From a virus (Duplodnaviria > Caudoviricetes): a DNA stretch of 41,170 bases. Made by a program: the position numbers and the translations under genes. Shown here piece after piece: positions 1 to 6,867 of this stretch. Under the pieces are notes generated by a model. The model searched no databases. It saw only the letters and a list, made by a program, of their open reading frames with translations, and was not told the DNA's origin. The stretch lies in IMG/VR virus record IMGVR_UViG_3300033077_000409, positions 1 through 41,170 of that record. The stretch is one strand, 5' to 3'. Each line of letters opens with the position of its first letter. The first letter of the stretch is position 1.

Positions 1-722
1 ATCTGGTCGGTGTAACCAGGCCAGGCTTGAGCATCCTTGCAGTTTGCGATCTGCTGCAATGCCGCCTGTTGCAACTGTTTACCAACGGCAACAGCATCAG
101 CATCAAGCTCGTAAATGGCAACGGCATAGGGATAGGTTTTCTCTACTGCAAGAAAGATAAACCGATCCGCAATGTGGCTGTCGAGGTAATGCGCTTGCTG
201 AACGTGGTAGCCATATTGCGCAACGGATCGCGCAAAACCAGCAGAGGCATCGTTTGTGGTCTTTAGGTCAACGATCGTCAACCCACTTACCCAGTCGGGG
301 CGGCATTTACACCGCAGACCGGTGGCAGCATCATCCCACCAAACGCTTTGCTCTGCGATGCCAACGCTTAGCAGTTCAGCAGCAACCGGATGGCTGCGCA
401 CTGATGCGGCCATCGCAAGCGCCAGATCCATATCAGATTCGGTTACTGCTTCAATACCAGCAGCGGCAAGCTCGGCGGCCTGCTCTTTGCCTGCTTTGGT
501 GTTACGCGGCAAACAGGTGCTGTACCGCTTGCGGAGTTCTTCAGGCTCCAGCACGGCGCAATGCACCAAGCTGCCGAGACGCATTGCCGCGGTAGGTTCT
601 ACCGGCTGGCGTTGCGGGTCGAGGTAGCGGCTCCAATAATGCTGGGGGCTTTTGGCGATGGCATGTAAATGACTGGCGCTAACGGCTGGGTCGGCGTGGT
701 AGTCGGCGTTGGATATGGTCAT
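1..722 (-). CDS. RecE/exonuclease VIII-like PD-(D/E)XK nuclease, 5' part (continues at 41170)
   Basis: Not in ORF track; hand translation from ATG 722: MTISNADYHADPAVSASHL...MRLGSLVHCAVLEP...CKCRPDW...IVDLKTT...YHVQ...WPGYTDQ; lies directly upstream of Bet. Confidence 0.88.
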   Translation of the reverse strand, partial: MTISNADYHADPAVSASHLHAIAKSPQHYWSRYLDPQRQPVEPTAAMRLGSLVHCAVLEPEELRKRYSTCLPRNTKAGKEQAAELAAAGIEAVTESDMDLALAMAASVRSHPVAAELLSVGIAEQSVWWDDAATGLRCKCRPDWVSGLTIVDLKTTNDASAGFARSVAQYGYHVQQAHYLDSHIADRFIFLAVEKTYPYAVAIYELDADAVAVGKQLQQAALQQIANCKDAQAWPGYTDQ

Positions 723-859
723 CGCTGGCACGCTGCGATGATGCCAGACTTGCAATCTGTTTCGGTCATTTGAGACAGTGTTTTGCTTGTGGTGATGTAG
801 AACAATGCTGCCATCAAGATCATGAATGCAGCAGTTGATACTCGATCGCGTTTAGTCAT
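719..859 (-). CDS. Small hypothetical membrane protein (46 aa)
   Basis: MTKRDRVSTAAFMILMAALFYITTSK...CQR; one hydrophobic stretch; ATGA overlap with the exonuclease start. Confidence 0.6.
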   Translation of the reverse strand: MTKRDRVSTAAFMILMAALFYITTSKTLSQMTETDCKSGIIAACQR

Positions 860-927
860 TGCGGTTTGTGTAGTTGAGGGTTGACACGCCTAGCTAAAGC
901 CGTCCGCACTGTTATCCCTCAGGTTTA

Positions 928-1083
928 TCAGCCGAGTAGGTTGATGATGCTTAGCACTGCAACCAATCCAAATAGGATTACTTGCCGTTGCTGTAGCCGG
1001 TCAATCTTGGCTTGCTGGTAATCAGTGATTTCCATTGCAGCGGTGATGATGTCGGCTTTGGTTGATGCTTGCGTGGTAATCAT
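928..1083 (-). CDS. Small hypothetical protein with C-terminal transmembrane helix (51 aa)
   Basis: MITTQASTKADIITAAMEITDYQQAKIDRLQQRQVILFGLVAVLSIINLLG; coiled coil plus TM segment; fits the operon. Confidence 0.6.
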   Translation of the reverse strand: MITTQASTKADIITAAMEITDYQQAKIDRLQQRQVILFGLVAVLSIINLLG

Positions 1084-1105
1084 TGCTCAAGGTGCGGGGT
1101 GTACT

Positions 1106-1135
1106 GCCAGATTGGGGGCGGCTCTGGCGGGCCGC
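1106..1135 (-). other. Predicted H-type RNA pseudoknot in intergenic leader
   Basis: Minus strand GCGGC-CC-GCCAGA-GCCGC-CCCCAA-TCTGGC: stem 1 GCGGC/GCCGC and stem 2 GCCAGA/TCTGGC, both perfect. Confidence 0.6.
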
Positions 1136-1141
1136 GTGGAA

Positions 1142-1444
1142 TTAGTAGATCAGCTCGATGTCGGGGCTGTAGCCTTGCTTAAGTGCGCTTGCATATTGCT
1201 TGCGAGCGCAAGGCTTGAGCAAAGTGCGGCGCTGGCCGTCATAGCTGGATTGAAAGGTGTGGCCGTCAGACTGCAAGAACAGTGTTTTGCCAACTATGCT
1301 CACAGCTTCTTGCTGGTCAGTGGTTTCAAAAATCAATACACTTTGAGTGGTCGTGCCGTCGGCGCTGATCTCGGGTTGGCAAGCCAGCACAGCTTGGGTC
1401 ACGTTGTAGGTGCCGTAGGAACTGCGGAAGGTGGTAACGGTCAT
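1142..1444 (-). CDS. Hypothetical early protein
   Basis: ORF track 1142..1486; ATG 1444 (MTVTTF) preferred because it lies downstream of the predicted promoter. Confidence 0.6.
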   Translation of the reverse strand: MTVTTFRSSYGTYNVTQAVLACQPEISADGTTTQSVLIFETTDQQEAVSIVGKTLFLQSDGHTFQSSYDGQRRTLLKPCARKQYASALKQGYSPDIELIY

Positions 1445-1486
1445 GGCTCTCGGTTTGTGGTGGAAGCTCTCGCCTCCTGTCCCCAT

Positions 1487-1514
1487 ATCCTACAGGCACT
1501 GCTCCCAGTGTCAA
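1487..1514 (-). promoter_or_regulatory. Sigma70-type early promoter
   Basis: Minus strand TTGACA (1514-1509), 16 nt spacer, TAGGAT (1492-1487), at the head of the long leftward operon. Confidence 0.7.
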
Positions 1515-1867
1515 GGGGTGCCTGTCGCATCTCGTAACAATGCCTCGGCATCGGCCACAGACCTTGCCACACCAGCGATTCCGCCTGCTGTCTCGACCAC
1601 CTCAAGCCATTGGCGCTGCTCTGGCGTCAGGCGGCCCGTAAGCGTTTTGACCTCAATGCTGGTGAATACCGCTACCTGTTGACCGACCATCTCCGCGGTG
1701 ATCGTGCGCGTCGTCCAGCCGATCAGATCCGCGCTGCCCTTGCACAGCCCGAACTGCACCGGGCGGCCATGCTGGTCCTTGAGCACGCCGGTGTTATTGC
1801 GGAACAAGCGCACCGGGCCGGTCGAGCAGGCTAGGCGGATGTGTTGTTGGATGTGTTGCTCAGACAT
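1511..1867 (-). CDS. VRR-NUC domain nuclease
   Basis: SE..IQ..I, FRNNTG, GSADLIG, IEVK..TGRLTPEQ..W motifs; follows an SF2 helicase as is usual in phages. Confidence 0.85.
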   Translation of the reverse strand: MSEQHIQQHIRLACSTGPVRLFRNNTGVLKDQHGRPVQFGLCKGSADLIGWTTRTITAEMVGQQVAVFTSIEVKTLTGRLTPEQRQWLEVVETAGGIAGVARSVADAEALLRDATGTP

Positions 1868-2445
1868 AACTGCTCATACGCTGGCGGCAGCTTATCGCAT
1901 CCCCATTGCTGGCCCATAGCATCGGCAATGCCTTGATAGGTGCGGCTGCGATCCTTCCAGCGATTAGGGCCTGGCGGCATCCTATGCACTTTGGCTTCAC
2001 GGCCTTCAACCACCTGCGTCGACTTAAGTGATGGTAGGTTCTTAAGCCATAGACAAGTGGCTTTTGTTTCGCCATGGCCAAACTGCCACGGCTGGATGAT
2101 CTGCTGGGGGGGGGTAATGGCGCTACTGATAATACTGATTGGATTCTCGATACACCAACGATCAATTGGCGCAGCCATCAAAAGGCGCACAAATGCCAAT
2201 GCTTCAGCTTGCTCGCGCTCCTTACGGTGAAAATGCCGACTGCCGCTAACGGCTAAATGCGTGCATGGCGGGTGCGCAATCATCAGATCCCAGCTATCGC
2301 CAAGCACCTCCTCGACTGGTTGCTGTAGGTGCCAGCGGGGATCGGCCTCGCATTCCAGCAAGTCGCAGCTCCATGCGTCGTGGCCATAGCGACGAAACGC
2401 ATCACGCACCCTGCCGCTGTACTCACAAGCGACAAGCACACGCAC
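1831..2445 (-). CDS. Phage DNA cytosine methyltransferase-like protein
   Basis: MRVLVACEYSG SAM-binding-like start, catalytic-like HPPC, ENP motif, QPWQFGH, K.T.LW. Confidence 0.75.
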   Translation of the reverse strand: MRVLVACEYSGRVRDAFRRYGHDAWSCDLLECEADPRWHLQQPVEEVLGDSWDLMIAHPPCTHLAVSGSRHFHRKEREQAEALAFVRLLMAAPIDRWCIENPISIISSAITPPQQIIQPWQFGHGETKATCLWLKNLPSLKSTQVVEGREAKVHRMPPGPNRWKDRSRTYQGIADAMGQQWGCDKLPPAYEQLCLSNTSNNTSA

Positions 2446-3977
2446 TATCCAACCCTCCTAGTCTGCCGTGCGGCCATTATATGCTTTGCCCATCCTGGCT
2501 TGTACCCCCGCTGGCGTTCGAGGCGTAGCAGGTCTTCCATGCTGCGGGCGCCGCCTACTTCAGCGCGTTTGCGGCGCGGGTCAATTTCAATTCTGTCTAG
2601 TCGAGTCACAATTGGAGTATGCCCAGGATATTGAACCTTTGAAATTCTTACAAGGTTTTCACTAGGGAACACATCAGTAACAAAAAAAGTTTCTGGACTT
2701 TCCATCATGGCTTTAGGGTCTTTGAATCGCACGTAATCTCCAACCTTAATCGCACCCGTAATCTCCACCAACTCACCGCTGGACTCCTCCAGCTCCCTAG
2801 CCTCGGTGGTGAACTCATGGCCGCATTCGCTGCACACCTGCGCTGTGGTTGCATTTGCCGCAAAGCACCTTGGGCACATGCGTACGCTTGGTGCTGCATC
2901 GCGTTTGCGTTTATCGCGGCCTTCTAGTGTCCAGTTGCGTTCTTCAGTTGGTAGGCCGTGCCGTTCTACGTTGCCGACATGATCGAGGATGATCGCTGCC
3001 GAGCCATCAGCCTTTGGTCTGAGGCACCGCCCAACCTGCTGTAGGTACATCGTCACTGATGCTGTAGGCCGCAGCAGTATCGCTGCATTGATGCTCGGTA
3101 CGTCAACGCCTTCGCTCAGCATTTCGCAGTAGGTGACGACCTTAATCACGCCACGGCCAAGGTTATCAAATATCTGCTCCTGGTCATCCTCACTGCAACC
3201 GCCGGTGATCGCCCTTGCTGGTATCCCCGCTGCATTGAACCGTGCCGCCATCGCATCAGCAAACTCCACACTGACGCATGACACCAGCGCCGTACCAGGT
3301 GCCACGATCTTCAAGTAGTGCTCAACCGCATCGCCATGGATCTTGGCCTGCTCTAATGCCGCTGCTGCCTCGCGCATGTCAAATTCACCGCGCACCTTAC
3401 GCAGCTTGCTGGTATCCATCGTGGTCGGTGGGCAAAAGATCCGCGCACGCGCTAGGAAGCCTTCATCCGTCAACCATTGCGGTGTAGGACCAATCACCAG
3501 ATCATCAAACACCTCGCCCAGGCCGCGGCCATCCAGCCGTTGAGGGCTGGCCGTCTTGCCGATCAGGTACGCATTAGGCCAGTGTCCTACCACCTGACCC
3601 CATTGGTTATCACGGGTTAGGTGATGCGCTTCGTCGATGATGATCAGATCAGGCGGCAGCAGCTTATCCAGTCGCCGCACGACTGTTTGCACACTGCCTA
3701 CGGCAATGCCGTGGCCGCGTTGGTGCCGGCCTGGCAGGATCACATCATGCTCAATGCCCCAACTGCCAACAGTACGGCTTAGCTGGTTGATCAGACGCCG
3801 ACGATGCGCCAGCAGCAGCACCCGGCGACCCTTAGCAGCGGCTGCATGGATGATCGCAGCGATCACAACACTCTTCCCCGCACCTGTCGGCATCACAGCG
3901 CATACCCTGCGGTGGCTGCGCATCGACTGGCGGATCTGGTCTAGGAGCTGGGTTTGGTATGGACGGAGGGATGTCAT
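2445..3977 (-). CDS. Superfamily 2 DEAH helicase with C-terminal zinc finger
   Basis: LRPYQ, PTGAGKS, IIDEAHH, TASP, EGVDVP, QQVGRCLR, CPRC..CSEC, terminal RGYKPGWA. Confidence 0.92.
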   Translation of the reverse strand: MTSLRPYQTQLLDQIRQSMRSHRRVCAVMPTGAGKSVVIAAIIHAAAAKGRRVLLLAHRRRLINQLSRTVGSWGIEHDVILPGRHQRGHGIAVGSVQTVVRRLDKLLPPDLIIIDEAHHLTRDNQWGQVVGHWPNAYLIGKTASPQRLDGRGLGEVFDDLVIGPTPQWLTDEGFLARARIFCPPTTMDTSKLRKVRGEFDMREAAAALEQAKIHGDAVEHYLKIVAPGTALVSCVSVEFADAMAARFNAAGIPARAITGGCSEDDQEQIFDNLGRGVIKVVTYCEMLSEGVDVPSINAAILLRPTASVTMYLQQVGRCLRPKADGSAAIILDHVGNVERHGLPTEERNWTLEGRDKRKRDAAPSVRMCPRCFAANATTAQVCSECGHEFTTEARELEESSGELVEITGAIKVGDYVRFKDPKAMMESPETFFVTDVFPSENLVRISKVQYPGHTPIVTRLDRIEIDPRRKRAEVGGARSMEDLLRLERQRGYKPGWAKHIMAARQTRRVG

Positions 3978-4369
3978 TGCTCGGTGTAGATAGTGTAACG
4001 ATCAAAAGATTCTCGAATGCGATGAATATCTGAATGGCATTCTTTGCAAACGATCTGAATGTTGTCCCGCGCATCAATTCCACCATGCTGCACTTCAATA
4101 ATATGATGCGCTTCAAGCGGAACCATAGGGCGCAATGATTTGAGCAATGCGCGATCGCGCAAGCATGTCCAGCAATAATCACGCATTTGATCTGGCACAA
4201 GATCAAACAAATCTGGATTTACCTTTCGCCTTGCTGTTTTAAGTTCCGATGGCTTTGGTATCCATAAGTGGCCATGCGTAGGGCAGCGGATTTCGCCATG
4301 GTGTTGAGTGTCAGGCCGCAACCTGAATGGGCTTTCTTGTCCACACTTAGGGCATGGATGCGTCGTCAT
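3974..4369 (-). CDS. HNH endonuclease with N-terminal zinc ribbon
   Basis: CPKC...C..H; CWTC...EAHHII...GG...N....CKECH..IH. Confidence 0.8.
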   Translation of the reverse strand: MTTHPCPKCGQESPFRLRPDTQHHGEIRCPTHGHLWIPKPSELKTARRKVNPDLFDLVPDQMRDYCWTCLRDRALLKSLRPMVPLEAHHIIEVQHGGIDARDNIQIVCKECHSDIHRIRESFDRYTIYTEQ

Positions 4370-6639
4370 TACACCAGCTCTCCCTGCTTGTTGTTTGCCG
4401 CAGCAGTTAGGTTCTTGACGGCGCAGTTGTAGTAAGAAGGCTTCAACTCAAAACCAACAAAGCGCCGGCCTGCTTGCAGGCTGCAATATCCCTCGCTGCC
4501 GATACCAGCAAATGGGCTCAGCACCAAATCATCCGGGTTGCTCCATAGCTGCAATCCACGGCGGATCACCTCAAGTTGCAGCGGGCAGATATGGCGCTCA
4601 TCTTCATTAGCGCGTGCGCTGCGGTATTGCAGCGTATCTGATGGGTTGATGTCCATCCATACCGGGCTTGCATAACGCTGCCAGATATTGATTGAATCCT
4701 TGATCGGGTCATCACTTTTAGGCGGTGGATTCTCGCCGGCAAACTCCGTGAATGGTCCAGCTACTGGTTCTGGATTATCGCCCAGCTTGCGCACGGTCAC
4801 CAGATAATCCGGGATGCCCTGGCGGCTCAATGCCGAATCTTTTCGCACTTGCTTATGCAGCAAACCAATTGCCTTGGTGCGTTGCATTGCGGTAACAGGA
4901 TCCTTCCAGATGCACACCTCGCTATGAAATACAAAGCCAGCATCTTGGAAGATGCGCAGCATATCACCGCGAAAATCCTTGACGCCAATGAATCCATCGC
5001 GTTCCTTGCTGCTAGGCAGATTCATGCAATGGAAGCTAATCAACCTGCCAGGCATCATCACGCGATGCAACTCCTTTGCCAAGAATCCAAAATGCTCGTA
5101 AAACTCCTGGTTGGTGCGGCTGTTGCCCATATCGCGGTCGCTGTTGCTGTAGGTATACAGCGACGCAAATGGCGGGCTGAAGATGCTGTAATGGATGCTA
5201 TCGGCATCAAGTTGCTTAATGCTTTCAATGCAGTCGCCCATGTACATATCCCAGCCATTGCCGGATTTATGTTCGGTGACATGTGGCAGGACTTGACGCT
5301 GGATCTTTTTGAGTTGTTCCATGGTTTGTTGCTTCATGATTTCAACCATTGACTGGGCCATCTTGATGCTGTCCGCTTCTTTACGGCGGATATTTTCAAT
5401 AACGCGGCCTTCGCCTACGTCATAGATGATGTGCGCATTTACAGGATGCCGCTGGCCAAATCGCCAGCACCTACGGATGGCCTGATAAAAAGCCTCATAG
5501 CTATGGCTTAAGCCAACAAATGCCACATTATGGCATCGCTGGAAATTAAGCCCAAACCCGAAGATGCTTGGCTTGCTAACCAGTACACGGATTTTGCCAT
5601 CCTGAAAGTCAATCGCGGATTGGCGTTTATGGTCGTCGGAATCAGCACCGCAAACCTCAACCGCGCCATCAATGGCAGCAGTAAGCGCCTTGCTTTCATC
5701 GTTGAGGTCACACCACACCAACCACTGCTCAGTGCTGTTGTTGGCCAATGCAGCCGCCGCATCAACCCGCATCTGCAATGATGCCTTGCGCACCTTGCGC
5801 TGATCGCTTAGCGTCCGTGCCTCCATGGCAAATAGCGCCATCTGGCCGGCATCATCAGTTACTGCTTCGCGGTATGTCTCAACCGTGCAGTCATTGATAT
5901 ACAACTCTGGCAACATAAAGTCGCCGTCGTCATAACCAAGGTCTGATGGCTTGCGGATCGTTACAGCCCAACTGCATACCCATTCCCAGAACTTACCTTT
6001 CGCATGACCCTTAAGCCGCCACTTTGCAGTGTCGCCGCCGTCATGGACGAAGAACATCGCCAACATTTCGGTGCGCGTCATCACGCCAACAAACTCAGCA
6101 TGATTGCCAAGTTCCATATGGTCGTTTGGTGCTGGCGTAGCTGAGCACGCTAACCGAAATGGCGTCTGCGCAAATGAATCGATGATCTGGTTGCGGATTT
6201 TGCCGGTATATGCCTTGAGGATGCTGCTTTCATCTAGTACCACACCATCAAAAGCAGCGGCATCAAAATGCGCCAGCTTCTCATAGTTGGTAACAGTGAT
6301 GCCAGCCTTGACCTCGGATTGGGTAGCAGCAAACTGGCAGGCAATGCCAAACTTGCTGCCTTCACGCACGGTTTGATGGGCAACCGCAAGCGGCGCCAGT
6401 ACCAGGACGTTGCCACCGGTGTGTTGATGCACCTGATGGGCCCATTCAAGCTGCATGGCGGTTTTGCCCATGCCGCAATCAGCCCAGATGCAAAACCTGC
6501 CAACACGGCAGGCCATCGTCACGATGTCGCGCTGAAACGGAAACAACGGCGCGGTGAACTGCTGCGGATCAAATCCAACGGCAGCGCAGGCGGTTGATTT
6601 TGTTTCGATAAATCGCTGGTAGCTGTCATCCATAAGCAT
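4369..6639 (-). CDS. SNF2-like helicase fused to beta-class amino (N4-C/N6-A) DNA methyltransferase
   Basis: N-terminal GMGKT, LDESS, SATP, QAIRRCWRFGQ; C-terminal GDC, FSPPF (motif IV), HICP, SPFAGIGS (motif I), GFELK. Confidence 0.85.
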   Translation of the reverse strand: MLMDDSYQRFIETKSTACAAVGFDPQQFTAPLFPFQRDIVTMACRVGRFCIWADCGMGKTAMQLEWAHQVHQHTGGNVLVLAPLAVAHQTVREGSKFGIACQFAATQSEVKAGITVTNYEKLAHFDAAAFDGVVLDESSILKAYTGKIRNQIIDSFAQTPFRLACSATPAPNDHMELGNHAEFVGVMTRTEMLAMFFVHDGGDTAKWRLKGHAKGKFWEWVCSWAVTIRKPSDLGYDDGDFMLPELYINDCTVETYREAVTDDAGQMALFAMEARTLSDQRKVRKASLQMRVDAAAALANNSTEQWLVWCDLNDESKALTAAIDGAVEVCGADSDDHKRQSAIDFQDGKIRVLVSKPSIFGFGLNFQRCHNVAFVGLSHSYEAFYQAIRRCWRFGQRHPVNAHIIYDVGEGRVIENIRRKEADSIKMAQSMVEIMKQQTMEQLKKIQRQVLPHVTEHKSGNGWDMYMGDCIESIKQLDADSIHYSIFSPPFASLYTYSNSDRDMGNSRTNQEFYEHFGFLAKELHRVMMPGRLISFHCMNLPSSKERDGFIGVKDFRGDMLRIFQDAGFVFHSEVCIWKDPVTAMQRTKAIGLLHKQVRKDSALSRQGIPDYLVTVRKLGDNPEPVAGPFTEFAGENPPPKSDDPIKDSINIWQRYASPVWMDINPSDTLQYRSARANEDERHICPLQLEVIRRGLQLWSNPDDLVLSPFAGIGSEGYCSLQAGRRFVGFELKPSYYNCAVKNLTAAANNKQGELV

Positions 6640-6673
6640 TGCTCTGTGTTTGCGCCGCCTTAGCGACCTGCTG

Positions 6674-6696
6674 ACGCTAGCAGACTCTGCTAACCT
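6674..6696. promoter_or_regulatory. Back-to-back extended -10 promoters with central palindrome
   Basis: TAGCAGA-C-TCTGCTA (6678-6692); TGcTAACCT rightward and TGcTAGCGT leftward, at the only divergence point of the genome. Confidence 0.55.
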
Positions 6697-6720
6697 TTGG
6701 CAACCACCCTAGCCGCAGGC

Positions 6721-6867
6721 ATGGCCAAGACCCGATCGACCAGCATCACGATCCCGCCAGACCTCAGGCAGTGGCTTGAGTCTCAAACGAGATACGGCTT
6801 TGGTATTGGTGCCGTGATCCGTGAACACCTCCTACGCGCTATGGCTGCATCTGATGCAAAGCGTTGA
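6721..6867 (+). CDS. Small ribbon-helix-helix-like DNA-binding protein (48 aa)
   Basis: Hand translation MAKTRSTSITIPPDLRQWLESQTRYGFGIGAVIREHLLRAMAASDAKR; alternating beta strand followed by two helices. Confidence 0.65.
   Translation: MAKTRSTSITIPPDLRQWLESQTRYGFGIGAVIREHLLRAMAASDAKR

Noticed and set aside
881-910. Plus-strand TTGACA as a promoter
   Set aside because: No -10 hexamer at 16-18 nt spacing and no plus-strand gene downstream.
860-927. Glutamine (glnA/downstream-peptide) riboswitch
   Set aside because: Lacks the CGUU and GGAAGUA core I would expect; kept only as an unnamed hairpin.
1084-1144. Stop-codon readthrough or frameshift stimulated by the pseudoknot
   Set aside because: The gap to the next ATG is 58 nt (out of frame) and no slippery heptamer precedes the TAA.
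3974-4369. HNH as part of an intron or intein
   Set aside because: It is a free-standing coupled ORF and both flanking genes are uninterrupted.
27-6597. Plus-strand ORFs over the leftward genes, and other antisense ORFs in the track
   Set aside because: Shadow frames of well-supported genes on the opposite strand, with no recognisable motifs.
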